Below, one piece after another: positions 12,801 through 21,457 of a stretch of 64,000 nucleotides of DNA (within the stretch, counting starts at the first letter, position 1; the number at the start of each line of letters is the position of its first letter). The position numbers and the translations under genes were made by a program. The stretch is from assembly GCA_963814905.1 (NCBI GenBank), contig CAWFEM010000008.1, positions 141,282 through 205,281 on the forward strand, written 5' to 3'. Below the pieces are notes generated by a model, which saw nothing but the letters and a program-made list of their open reading frames with translations, did no database searches and was not told the origin of the DNA. The DNA comes from an uncultured Alphaproteobacteria bacterium. GTDB lineage: Bacteria > Pseudomonadota > Alphaproteobacteria > Rhizobiales > Afifellaceae.

Positions 12801-12959
12801 TATCTTTCTCGGTCGCCATGTCATTTCTGATTGTCGCCGTCGGGTTTTATTCAGAGATCGGACAGCCGCTCGAAATGTCTTCGGCGCGGCGCCCGATCTC
12901 AGTGAAAGGCGTCAGTCGATTGAACTGAGACCCAACGTTTTTTCGTGGATGGTCGACGC

Positions 12960-13457
12960 TCAGTTGGCGGGCGGAATCAGAACGGTGTCGATCACGTGGA
13001 TTACGCCGTTAGAGGCTGCGATATCGGTCGCCGTAACCGTCGAGTCGTTGATCATCACCGCGTTGCCCTTGGTCGAAATATTCAGCATCGCCCCCTCGAC
13101 AGTTTTCGCTTCGTCGAGCTTGACGACATCGGCGGCCATCACGTCACCGGGCACGACATGGTAAGTCAGGATGGCCGTAAGCTTTGCCTTGTTCTCCGGC
13201 TTCAGCAGGCTCTCGACCGTGCCGGCCGGCAGCTTGGCGAAGGCATCGTCGGTCGGGGCAAAGACAGTAAACGGTCCAGCTCCCTTCAGCGTGTCGACGA
13301 GACCGGCGGCGGTCAGCGCTGCCGCAAGCGTCTTAAACTGACCCGCTTCGACCGCGGTGTCGACGATGTCCTTGCCGGTCGCGTAGGCGCTTGAAGTCAC
13401 AACCGCCAGGCCAATCGCCGTCGCGGCAAGAGCGGATTTCAAAGTATTGAGTGTCAT
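12960..13457 (-). CDS. Secreted fasciclin (FAS1) domain protein
   Basis: Trimmed to ATG 13457, giving 165 aa. It has a signal peptide [26 protein letters not shown] and the FAS1 H1/H2 blocks [11 protein letters not shown] and [13 protein letters not shown]. Confidence 0.85.
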   Translation of the reverse strand: MTLNTLKSALAATAIGLAVVTSSAYATGKDIVDTAVEAGQFKTLAAALTAAGLVDTLKGAGPFTVFAPTDDAFAKLPAGTVESLLKPENKAKLTAILTYHVVPGDVMAADVVKLDEAKTVEGAMLNISTKGNAVMINDSTVTATDIAASNGVIHVIDTVLIPPAN

Positions 13458-13532
13458 GATTGATCTTCCCTGAGTTTGTAAGCGGCCCGTGTGGACCTTT
13501 CGATCGCGACCCGGACTGACCGCGCTCGTAAT

Positions 13533-13600
13533 TTGCATATAGTGCAATCGATTTAGCACAACAGGCACATTATCGTGATGCGAATAGTAAGTTGCATCAC
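13533..13600. promoter_or_regulatory. AT-rich divergent promoter region with two inverted repeats (candidate XRE operator)
   Basis: Two inverted repeats: ttgca-tatag-tgcaa (13533-13547) and gtgatgc-N12-gcatcac (13575-13600). Both contain TTGCAT/ATGCAA-like half sites. They lie between the divergent fasciclin and XRE-cupin genes. Confidence 0.3.
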
Positions 13601-13650
13601 AAGACAAAAGCGCTATGGTGATTTGAATGGTGCGAAAGGAGTCCGGAGCA

Positions 13651-14235
13651 ATGCTCTCAGACGCGTTGGCCAAAGGCCTGGAGAGCTATCAGATCGGTCC
13701 AAAGATCCGTGCGCTGCGCCTGGAGAAGAACCTTGGGCTCGTACAGCTCGGCGAACACACGGGCCTTTCCTCGGGCATGCTGTCGAAGATCGAACGCGGA
13801 CAGCTTTTCCCGACGCTGCCAACCCTGCTCAAGATCGCTATGGTCTTCGGCGTCGGCCTTGAGCACTTCTTCATCGATACAACCGACCTGCCGACCGTTG
13901 CAGTCGTCAGGAAAGAGGACCGTATTCGCTTGCCAGACCGTCCAAAAGAAGGATCGCCGACATATTTTTTTGAGAGCCTCGATTTTCCTGTAAGCGACCG
14001 CAAGATGGAGGCCTACTATGCGGAATTCGAGCCGCACTCAACTCCGACTGAGCCTCACCAACATTCGGGCGCAGAAATCATTTATGTGATCTCTGGGCAC
14101 CTCGTCGTGAATGTTGACGGCGAAGACACGCAGCTCGGCGAAGGCGACTCAATGTACTTTGACTCGGGCTTTCCTCATAGCTACCGCCGACAAGGGAGAG
14201 CGGCCTGCTCGGCCATCGTCGTTGTCGCTCGCTAG
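13651..14235 (+). CDS. XRE-family transcriptional regulator with C-terminal cupin domain
   Basis: Trimmed to ATG 13651, with AAGGAG 9 nt upstream. The HTH_3 block is [33 protein letters not shown]. The C-terminal cupin is [18 protein letters not shown]...[14 protein letters not shown]. Confidence 0.85.
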   Translation: MLSDALAKGLESYQIGPKIRALRLEKNLGLVQLGEHTGLSSGMLSKIERGQLFPTLPTLLKIAMVFGVGLEHFFIDTTDLPTVAVVRKEDRIRLPDRPKEGSPTYFFESLDFPVSDRKMEAYYAEFEPHSTPTEPHQHSGAEIIYVISGHLVVNVDGEDTQLGEGDSMYFDSGFPHSYRRQGRAACSAIVVVAR

Positions 14236-14330
14236 AAATCGCTGCCGGCTCATAAAGCCGGTTTCGCTTTGACGACGTTTCGCCTGATCCCGGAAAGCTC
14301 AATTAGAGACTTCAATCGAGGAGCCATTGA

Positions 14331-14816
14331 GTGGATATCTCTTCGACCATCGGACTCGCTGGCTTCATCGCCGCCTGCTTCCTCGCTGCTCTGACGGGCG
14401 CTTTTTTTCGTCCGGGCGAATGGTACGACCGCCTGAAGAAGCCGTCTTGGCGGCCGCCGAACCGGATTTTCGCGCCGGTATGGACAATTCTGTATTTCAC
14501 GATCGCCATCTCCGGTTGGTTGGTTTGGCAGCGAGCGGGTTTTGCCGGGGCGGCATTGCCACTCGCGGTCTATGCTGTGCAGCTCGCTCTGAACGCCGCT
14601 TGGACGCCGCTTTTCTTTGGCCTGCACCGTCCCGATCTCGGCTTCCTGGACATTGTGCTGGTGTGGCTGTCCATCGTCGCAACGAGCGCCCTTTTCTACC
14701 CAATCTACCCGGGGGCGGCTTTGTTGCTCATACCCTACCTGGCCTGGGTCACCTTTGCCGCGGCACTCAATTTCGCCGTCTGGCGTCTCAATCGCGCGGC
14801 CGCCACGCAAGACTAA
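14331..14816 (+). CDS. tspO: TspO/MBR family tryptophan-rich sensory protein
   Basis: 161 aa with five TM segments and a GTG start after GAGGAG. The family block GEWYDRLKKPSWRPPNRIFAPVWTILYFTIAISGW is present. Confidence 0.9.
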   Translation: MDISSTIGLAGFIAACFLAALTGAFFRPGEWYDRLKKPSWRPPNRIFAPVWTILYFTIAISGWLVWQRAGFAGAALPLAVYAVQLALNAAWTPLFFGLHRPDLGFLDIVLVWLSIVATSALFYPIYPGAALLLIPYLAWVTFAAALNFAVWRLNRAAATQD

Positions 14817-14859
14817 TCAAGGCCGCACGTTCGTCACATTTTTCAGGGGAACCCGCCGA

Positions 14860-16128
14860 TCAGGCGCACGTCCACACCTGTACGGGCAAACTCACACCCC
14901 TTAAACGGTGGTGGCCCGCATCGGTAAGTCGTGTCCGCCCTCTTGGCTTTTTGCCACTTTCCTCGCAAGCTCGTTCGATCAAAGACTGGCTAGCAACAAG
15001 CCGCACGTTCAGACCTCGGCACAGCTCCTGCATTCTGCTCGCGGTGTTTACGGTGTCGCCAATGGCCGTAAAACTCATGGACTCGCGAGTGCCAATATCG
15101 CCGAGGACAGCTATTCCAAAATTGACGCTGATTCCAAAATCAATGCGGCTGCGGCCGGCTCTGGTTCGCTTTGAGTTCCAGCGCTCCATTTCCTCCATCA
15201 TTTCGATTGCTGCTTTCAGTGCATTGGTGGCTTCCGACCCCGTGGGGTTTGGGACGCCGAACAGCGCCATCAGGGCGTCACCGGAGAACTTCTCAACGGA
15301 GCCGCCTTGGGCAAAGATCACCCTTGCCAGCCGTCGATAGAAGGAGCGAAGAAGAGCGACGACGCGCTCCGGCGGCAGGCTCTCGCTCAGCCCAACAAAT
15401 CCGACGATATCAACGAAGAGAACAGCTATCTCCTGTCGACGCACTGGGCCGAGGGGGCGATCTCTTTGTGCCAACGTCTCAACCATCCCCGGCGAGAAGT
15501 AGCGGGCCAGATTCGTCTTCTTCCTGTCCGACTCGCGAGCCGCCGCTTGCGCCTTGGCGAGCCGCGTCTCAGCCTCGACACGCGCACTCACGTCACGCTG
15601 AACCGCGACGAAATGAGCAATGCGCCCGGTCGCGTCTCGCAGCGGCGTAATCGACCATTCCATCACAAATTCAGTGCCGTCCTTGCGGTAGTTGACCGCC
15701 TGACCTTCCCAGCGATCTCCGCGTCTCAATGTTTCCTGCATCCCGAAGAATACGGACGGATCGGTCTTCTCCCCCTGAAGGATGCGCGGCGACTTGCCGA
15801 CAACCTCTTCGGCCGTCCATCCCGTCATGCGCTCAAAATTCGGGTTAACATAGACAATTGCGGGTCCCGGCGGTTCCAGATCAGCAACAGTGACCAAGAT
15901 GCTTTCAGATGCCGCTTCAAGCACGGCAGATGCATCAATTCCGCTTTCATCGAATCTCACCCTGGACTCTCCCGATAACAGCCGAAAAGCGTTGCCGCCT
16001 CCATGATCTAGGCCGAAGCGACATAGTGCCTGAGGGCGCAGCCCTCTCACTCTATGTCGGTTGATTGAAATAACAGAGGGGCCACGATTGCGGGCACTCG
16101 TGCGATGGAACCTAAAAGCGTAGGGCAT
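14860..16128 (-). CDS. PAS domain-containing class III adenylate/guanylate cyclase
   Basis: The PAS block is ILVTVADLEPPGPAIVYVNPNFERMTGWTAEEVVGKSPRILQG...YRKDGTEFVMEWSITPLRD. A coiled linker follows. The cyclase blocks are AVLFVDIVGFVGLSE, KFSGDALMALFG and IGDTVNTASRMQ. The start is uncertain: there is no internal ATG before the PAS domain, so a non-ATG start downstream of 16128 is possible. Confidence 0.85.
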   Translation of the reverse strand: MPYAFRFHRTSARNRGPSVISINRHRVRGLRPQALCRFGLDHGGGNAFRLLSGESRVRFDESGIDASAVLEAASESILVTVADLEPPGPAIVYVNPNFERMTGWTAEEVVGKSPRILQGEKTDPSVFFGMQETLRRGDRWEGQAVNYRKDGTEFVMEWSITPLRDATGRIAHFVAVQRDVSARVEAETRLAKAQAAARESDRKKTNLARYFSPGMVETLAQRDRPLGPVRRQEIAVLFVDIVGFVGLSESLPPERVVALLRSFYRRLARVIFAQGGSVEKFSGDALMALFGVPNPTGSEATNALKAAIEMMEEMERWNSKRTRAGRSRIDFGISVNFGIAVLGDIGTRESMSFTAIGDTVNTASRMQELCRGLNVRLVASQSLIERACEESGKKPRGRTRLTDAGHHRLRGVSLPVQVWTCA

Positions 16129-16324
16129 AGTCGGCGAGCTTGGCGCCTAGAGGTCGGGTGGCTCCCGACCTGGGCGAGAGACAGGCAGAAGGGATCCGCG
16201 CTCTGCGCCGTGGCAAACCCAACTCGACGATACTTCCTCCTCATGGCCTTCGCTCCACGCCCTTATTCCCAGGTACGTGTTGCGTCGATCAGTTGAGAGC
16301 ACTACCAAAACGGACCTTGACCTT

Positions 16325-16759
16325 TTATGACCGGACCCCTTCCGCGATCGCTCGCACGGCGGCGCGATAGCCGGCCGGACCGAGGCCGGCGATCACCGCG
16401 GTTGCAACGAGCGACACGTAGGAGCGGTGATAGTGGGCCTCCCGCTTGTGGATATTGGAGATGTGCACCTCGACGATCGGTCCGGGAAACATCTTGAGGG
16501 AATCAAGAAGCGCAATTGAGGTGAAGGAGTAGCCGGCGGGGTTGATCACGATCCCGCACGCGCTCTCGATCGCCTCCTGAACCCACTCGACAAGTTCGCC
16601 CTCATGGTTCGTCTGTCGGAAGTCGATGGCATGGCCTGGAACTTCCGCCCGGCACATCGCCTCAATGTCTGCCAGGTTGGTCGTTCCGTAGATATGCGGC
16701 TCGCGTGTGCCGAGGCGGTTTAAATTCGGCCCGTTCAGAACGAAAATTGGTTTTGACAT
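16325..16759 (-). CDS. aroQ: Type II 3-dehydroquinate dehydratase
   Basis: 144 aa; MSKPIFVLNGPNLNRLGTREPHIYG...QTNHEGELVEWVQ...INPAGYSFTSIAL...VEVHISNIHKREAHYH. This is a classic DHQase II sequence. Confidence 0.93.
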   Translation of the reverse strand: MSKPIFVLNGPNLNRLGTREPHIYGTTNLADIEAMCRAEVPGHAIDFRQTNHEGELVEWVQEAIESACGIVINPAGYSFTSIALLDSLKMFPGPIVEVHISNIHKREAHYHRSYVSLVATAVIAGLGPAGYRAAVRAIAEGVRS

Positions 16760-16768
16760 CGATCTCTC

Positions 16769-18070
16769 CTATCCGGCGTAGCCGAGCAGCCGCGGGAGCC
16801 ACAGGACGACATCGGGAACAAAAGTGATGAGTGCGAGCGCCGTGAGCAATGCGACCAGGAACGGGAGCACGTCGCGGACGATTTCCAAGAGACCCGTGCG
16901 GGCGATGTTCGCGACGATGAAAAGAAGCAGCCCGTAAGGCGGCGTGATCAGACCGATCATCAGGTTGACGACCACGACGACACCGAAGTGCACCATGTCG
17001 ATTCCCAGCGCCCGCGCGGTCGGAATGAAGATCGGCACGATGACGAGCAGAATGGTCGTACCCTCGAGCACGCAGCCGAGGACGAGGAGGGTCAGATTGA
17101 CGATGATCAGAAAGGACGTGGGCGAGAGCTGCATCCCGTCGAGCATCGCGGCGAGACTGTACGGGATGTTTTCGATGGTGACGACGTAGTTGAAGACGAG
17201 TGCGCCGCCGATCAGAAGTCCGATGGATGCGCTCGACCGCGCACTTGCAAGGACGGCGCCGTAGAGCTGTCGCGCGGAGACGTCGCGATAAAGCACGATT
17301 GAGATGAACAGCGCGTAGGCTGCCGCCACGGCCGCTGCCTCGGTCGGAGTCGTAACGCCCCCGTAAATTCCTCCGAGCAGGATCACCGGCATCAGCAGCG
17401 CGGGCAAAGCGCGAAGCGTGGTGGCGGGGAGCGCTCTTATCTCCACCGGCGGTTCCACAGGGAAATTTCGTCGGCGCGCAATGACGGCGTTCATCGTCAT
17501 TAGCGCGGCTGCCATCAGCAGCCCCGGCACGGCGCCGCCGAGAAAGAGGTATCCGATCGATGCATCCGAAACGAGCGCGAAGAGAACCATCGGGATCGAC
17601 GGCGGAATGATCGGCCCGATCACGGCGCCGGCGGCGGTGATGGCGGCCGCGTAGCTCCGCGGATAACGGCCATCGCGCACCATCATTTTGATGATAAGCC
17701 GGCCGATGCCGACGGCGTCCGCGATGGCGGACCCGGACATTCCGGCGAAGATCACGCTCTGCACCACGTTGACGTGACCGAGCCCGCCACGAAATCGGCC
17801 AACGATGGCGTTGCAGAAGTCGAGCAGCCGATTGGAGAGGCTCCCGACATTCATCAGCTCGGCGGAGAGAATGAAGAGTGGGATGGCGAGGAGCACGAAA
17901 CTGCCCCGCAGGCCCTGCAGCAACTGCTCCGCTGCGATGCTCATGTCCTGTCCGGCGGAGATCAGGTAGACGATCGATCCCGCGATCATGGCGTAGCCAA
18001 TCGGCAGGCCGAGGATCGCAAGCCCTGTGATCGCGATGAGGCAGATCGAGAACGGGCTGGCGAAACTCAT
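16769..18070 (-). CDS. TRAP transporter large permease (DctM family)
   Basis: The 625-aa track ORF was trimmed to ATG 18070 (MSFASPFSICLIAITGLAILGLPIGYAMIAG...), giving 433 aa. This is the typical DctM size and hydrophobicity. Its ATG overlaps the dctQ stop (ATGA). Confidence 0.9.
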   Translation of the reverse strand: MSFASPFSICLIAITGLAILGLPIGYAMIAGSIVYLISAGQDMSIAAEQLLQGLRGSFVLLAIPLFILSAELMNVGSLSNRLLDFCNAIVGRFRGGLGHVNVVQSVIFAGMSGSAIADAVGIGRLIIKMMVRDGRYPRSYAAAITAAGAVIGPIIPPSIPMVLFALVSDASIGYLFLGGAVPGLLMAAALMTMNAVIARRRNFPVEPPVEIRALPATTLRALPALLMPVILLGGIYGGVTTPTEAAAVAAAYALFISIVLYRDVSARQLYGAVLASARSSASIGLLIGGALVFNYVVTIENIPYSLAAMLDGMQLSPTSFLIIVNLTLLVLGCVLEGTTILLVIVPIFIPTARALGIDMVHFGVVVVVNLMIGLITPPYGLLLFIVANIARTGLLEIVRDVLPFLVALLTALALITFVPDVVLWLPRLLGYAG

Positions 18071-18621
18071 TCTTCCCTCAGCAACGAGGGGTCGGTGATT
18101 TCGACGGGCTCGCCGCGCAACGCCTTGAAGCCAAGCCAGAGATAGCGTGCGATGGCCGCGACAGCGAACAGGAGATAGACCGAGAAAAGGTAGTCCAAGC
18201 GTATGGCGATGTATGACGCGCGCTCCACCTTCATGAAGGTGACATAGTCGAATACGGCGGGGAGCGACCATGCGAAAAGGGCGACGACGGCGAGGGCCGT
18301 CACGATCGTGAAGCCACGGCGCATCCGATCGCTGACCGCGCCATAGAGGATATCGAAGCGGATTTCGTCGCGCTCCGTTACGACGAAGGCGCCGCCCCAC
18401 AGCACCAGCCACATCCAGGCGAGCGTGCTGACTTCGAGCGTCCAGCCGACCGGCCAGCCGAGCACGTAGCGGAACAGGATCTGCAGCAGAAACGAGACGA
18501 AGACGGTGGCGAGCAGCGCGACGGCCACGACTTCGGCGAGCCACCGCATCCACCGGACGATCGCGGAGAGGACAGTCATCACCGAAGCGCCCGATTGCTG
18601 ATGAAACGCCGCGGGGATCAT
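18067..18621 (-). CDS. TRAP transporter small permease (DctQ family)
   Basis: About 170-184 aa with four TM segments, in the position between DctP and DctM. The start may be ATG 18621 or ATG 18579. Confidence 0.8.
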   Translation of the reverse strand: MIPAAFHQQSGASVMTVLSAIVRWMRWLAEVVAVALLATVFVSFLLQILFRYVLGWPVGWTLEVSTLAWMWLVLWGGAFVVTERDEIRFDILYGAVSDRMRRGFTIVTALAVVALFAWSLPAVFDYVTFMKVERASYIAIRLDYLFSVYLLFAVAAIARYLWLGFKALRGEPVEITDPSLLREE

Positions 18622-18675
18622 GCCGCGCGGCGCGGTCTCCCGCCACCAGGCCGGAGACCGGTGTCCGGAAGGAAA

Positions 18676-19665
18676 TTACATCGCGTTGATCTTGTCGAGC
18701 ATGCCCGCCGGCCAGTCCTTGGCGAAGTCGGACTCAAGATACTTCTTCTGGGCGTATTCGCGGAAGGCGGCAAGGTCGGGCTCGTAAACCTTCAGCCCCT
18801 TATCCTTGAAGAACTGCACGAGTTCCGCCTCGCGGGCGACGTGCTTGCCCGTGCTCCAGTCAATCGCTTTGTTGACCTCGGTCTCGAGCTTCTGTTGCTG
18901 GTCGGCGCTGAGCGAATCCCAGGTTTTCTTCGAGACGACGAACAGGTCGAAGCCGATGAGGTGGCTGGTCAGCACGATCTGCGACGTCACCTCGTAGAAC
19001 TTCATGTTGTAGTCGTTGGGAAGCGGGTTGTCCTGGCCGTCGATCGCGCCGGTCTGCAGCCCGGTGTAGACCTCGGCGTAAGCCATCGGCGTCGGATTGG
19101 CGCCGAGCGCGGTGCCGAGGAACTGCCACGCGTCGCCGCCCGGCATGCGGAGCTTGACGCCGGCCATATCCGCCGGCGTCTTGATCTCCTTGTCGGGCTT
19201 CAGGTTCACCTGACGGGCGCCGAAATAGACCGGAGCGACGATGTGGATGCCGAGCTGATCCTCGGCCATCTTCACCATCTCCTTTCCGGCGTCGCTCTCG
19301 AAGAATTTCTTCAGATGATCGGCGTCGCGGAAGAGGTAGGCGGCGGTAAGAAGCGACCACGCTGGAAGCTGGTTTGCGATGTCCTGCGGCGCGACGATGC
19401 CGGTCTCGAGATTGCCGCGCTGGAGGGCGACGAGCTCCGTTCCCTGCTTGAAGAGCGTGGCGCCGAAGTGCGGCTCGAATGTGAAGTCGTCCTTCAGCGC
19501 GTCGCCGAGCTGACGCATCGCGTCGGCGCGGATGTCGGTGTCGCTGAAGACGGCCGAGAATTTCAGCGTGGGCTTGTCCTGCGCGAGCGCACCGCCGGCG
19601 ACGCCGACAGCAGCAAGCATCGCGCTTGCCAGGATAGCGGCACGACGGCTGATCGAGAATTTCAT
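18676..19665 (-). CDS. TRAP transporter substrate-binding protein (DctP family)
   Basis: Trimmed to ATG 19665, preceded by GGGAGGAG. It has a signal peptide MKFSISRRAAILASAMLAAVGVAGGALAQ. The length of 329 aa and DctP-like blocks (FKFSAVFSDTD, VAPVYFGARQV) fit the family. Confidence 0.85.
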   Translation of the reverse strand: MKFSISRRAAILASAMLAAVGVAGGALAQDKPTLKFSAVFSDTDIRADAMRQLGDALKDDFTFEPHFGATLFKQGTELVALQRGNLETGIVAPQDIANQLPAWSLLTAAYLFRDADHLKKFFESDAGKEMVKMAEDQLGIHIVAPVYFGARQVNLKPDKEIKTPADMAGVKLRMPGGDAWQFLGTALGANPTPMAYAEVYTGLQTGAIDGQDNPLPNDYNMKFYEVTSQIVLTSHLIGFDLFVVSKKTWDSLSADQQQKLETEVNKAIDWSTGKHVAREAELVQFFKDKGLKVYEPDLAAFREYAQKKYLESDFAKDWPAGMLDKINAM

Positions 19666-19725
19666 GATCTCCTCCCTTGGCGGAGCAGGCTTCGTTCCGG
19701 CCTGCACTTGAATTTGCAATAAATA

Positions 19726-19751
19726 TGGACGAAATAGTTCGTTTATGTCAA
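19726..19751. promoter_or_regulatory. Candidate TetR operator, copy A (upstream of the TRAP operon)
   Basis: TGGACGAAATAGTTCGTTTATGTCAA contains the palindrome ACGAAA-TA-GTTCGT. It is near-identical to copy B at 20746-20770. Confidence 0.4.
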
Positions 19752-19778
19752 CGCGCAGGAATGCTTCTCTTCCGGTGC

Positions 19779-20693
19779 TCAACCTTCGACGAAGTGGCGG
19801 GCCATCTGGTCCCGATCGGGCGGATGGCCAGTGATGAGTTCGAAAGCCCGAACAGCCTGGAACACGGCCATGCCCGCGCCGGGAAGCGTCTGACAACCCG
19901 CCGCCCTGGCGTGCCGAAGAAGCTCCGTCTCCGCCGGGAAATAGACGATGTCCGCCACCCAAATTTCCGGGCGCAACCAGTCCGCATTCACGGGCATGCC
20001 GGGATATTTCGCCATGCCCAGCGGCGTCGCGTTCACCACGCCGTCGGCGTCGGCTAGCCCCACCTCGACATCGACGAGCCTCGATGCACGCCCTTCGCCG
20101 AGCGCTTTCGCGAGTCGAGACGCCTTGCCGGAATCCGTGTCGAAGATCGAAATACGCTGCGCGCCGAGATCGAAAAGGGCTTTCGTGACCGCTCGTCCGG
20201 CCCCGCCGGCGCCGAGGAGCACGACATGATCGAGCCGCGGCGCCTTCAGCCCCTGTCGGAAACTCTCGGCGAAGCCCCAGCAGTCGGTGTTGTGGCCGAC
20301 GACCTCCTCGCCCCCAAAGACAACGGTATTGACCGCGCCGACGGCCGCGGCGTCCTCGGACAAGCGATCGAGCGACACAACCACGCGCTCCTTGAAGGGA
20401 TGCGTGACGTTGAACCCGGAATATTTGGCAGCCCTCAGCTTACCGATCAGCTGCGGGAGTTCGGAGTCCTTGAGCCCGAGGCGATCAAAATCGAAGAGCC
20501 GATATTCGTAGCGAAGACCAAGCCGCGCGCCCTCGGCTTCGTGCATTCGTGGCGAAAGCGATTCTTGGATCCCGCGGCCGAGCAGGCCCGCGCGCAGCAC
20601 AGGTCGCGCGTCCCTGTCGGCCCGGTGGCCGATCAGCGCGGTCAGGTCGCTCCCGATGTCGCCGAGGTCCGGCCGCCGCGCTTCGCCGACCAC
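19779..20693 (-). CDS. Quinate/shikimate dehydrogenase (AroE/YdiB family)
   Basis: Blocks LLGRGIQESLSPRMHEAEG, GFNVTHPFKE, GHNTDCWGF and VLLGAGGAGRAV (Rossmann) are present. The track start is GTG and the true start is uncertain. Confidence 0.8.
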   Translation of the reverse strand: MVGEARRPDLGDIGSDLTALIGHRADRDARPVLRAGLLGRGIQESLSPRMHEAEGARLGLRYEYRLFDFDRLGLKDSELPQLIGKLRAAKYSGFNVTHPFKERVVVSLDRLSEDAAAVGAVNTVVFGGEEVVGHNTDCWGFAESFRQGLKAPRLDHVVLLGAGGAGRAVTKALFDLGAQRISIFDTDSGKASRLAKALGEGRASRLVDVEVGLADADGVVNATPLGMAKYPGMPVNADWLRPEIWVADIVYFPAETELLRHARAAGCQTLPGAGMAVFQAVRAFELITGHPPDRDQMARHFVEG

Positions 20694-20745
20694 CTGTCGC
20701 TCCCGTTTCGTGCGCTATAAGGATCGCGGGGTGAAAGACAAAGAG

Positions 20746-20770
20746 TGGACGAACCAGTTCGTATAGTCAA
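20746..20770. promoter_or_regulatory. Candidate TetR operator, copy B (tetR / dehydrogenase divergent region)
   Basis: TGGACGAACCAGTTCGTATAGTCAA contains a perfect palindrome ACGAAC-CA-GTTCGT. It lies 25 nt upstream of the tetR ATG. Confidence 0.4.
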
Positions 20771-20794
20771 TTATGCGGTTCGCAAAGGAGGGCC

Positions 20795-21454
20795 ATGGCA
20801 AGAATGGACGTCCAGGTCGCTAAAGCGGCGCCGGGTCGCGTGAACGATCCCGAAGGCACCAAGCGCAACATCATCGAAGTCGCCATGAAGGAGTTCGCGG
20901 AGAACGGCCTTTCAGGCGCCCGCATCGACGAGATCGCTGCGAAGACGAAATCCAGCAAGCGGATGATCTACTACTATTTCGGCGACAAGGAAGGGCTCTA
21001 TCTCAAGGTCCTCGAGGAAGCCTACAGCCGGATGCGCGCAACCGAGGCGACGCTCGACCTGCAGGATCTTCCGCCGCTCGACGCGCTCAAGAAACTCGCT
21101 GGCTTCACATTCGACCATCACAACAGCCATGAAGCCTTCATCCGCCTCGTGATGATAGAGAACATCCACCACGGCGCGTTCCTGGCGAAGTCGCAGGTCA
21201 TCCAGAAACTTAACGTCACGGCCATCGACACTGTTCGGGAACTTTACGATCGCGGCGTGGAGGCGGGAACTTTCCGGGCCGGCCTCGATCCCGTCGACCT
21301 GCACTGGCAGATCAGCGCGCTTTGCTTCTTCAACGTCTCCAACCGCGCGACGTTCTCGAAGATTTTCAAGCGCGACCTCGGGTCGAAGAAGTCGCTCGCC
21401 TCGCTGCGGGAGGCCGTCGTGGAGATGATCGTCCGCCATGTCCGCAAGGACTGA
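20795..21454 (+). CDS. TetR family transcriptional regulator
   Basis: 219 aa with AAGGAGGG upstream. The N-terminal TetR HTH is RNIIEVAMKEFAENGLSGARIDEIAAKTKSSKRMIYYYFGDKEGLY. Confidence 0.85.
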   Translation: MARMDVQVAKAAPGRVNDPEGTKRNIIEVAMKEFAENGLSGARIDEIAAKTKSSKRMIYYYFGDKEGLYLKVLEEAYSRMRATEATLDLQDLPPLDALKKLAGFTFDHHNSHEAFIRLVMIENIHHGAFLAKSQVIQKLNVTAIDTVRELYDRGVEAGTFRAGLDPVDLHWQISALCFFNVSNRATFSKIFKRDLGSKKSLASLREAVVEMIVRHVRKD

Positions 21455-21457
21455 AAT

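Noticed and set aside
12494-13164. Track ORFs 12494..12928(+), 12559..13164(+) and 12332..12703(-) as real genes downstream of the tRNA.
   Set aside because: They overlap the tRNA or the fasciclin gene, or each other. They have no motifs other than the short IS3-like HTH fragment, so the region is treated as a decayed remnant rather than coding.
16151-16171. aggtcgggtggctcccgacct as a possible att-type direct repeat of the tRNA-Arg 3' end (shares gtcgggtg), which would delimit the islet.
   Set aside because: Only 8 nt match the tRNA, and the sequence is itself a simple hairpin. This is insufficient to call an attachment site.
16769-18646. N-terminal extensions of several track ORFs. These include the 625-aa ORF 16769..18646, the 666-aa ORF 51500..53500, and ORFs 18676..19962, 12960..13673, 26063..28546, 31261..32085, 42703..43635 and 58526..59317.
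   Set aside because: The extensions are open reading frame run-on upstream of the real starts. They overlap neighbouring genes, are Arg/Gly-rich and lack family similarity. Internal ATG codons with Shine-Dalgarno sequences give proteins of canonical length, with signal peptides where expected.
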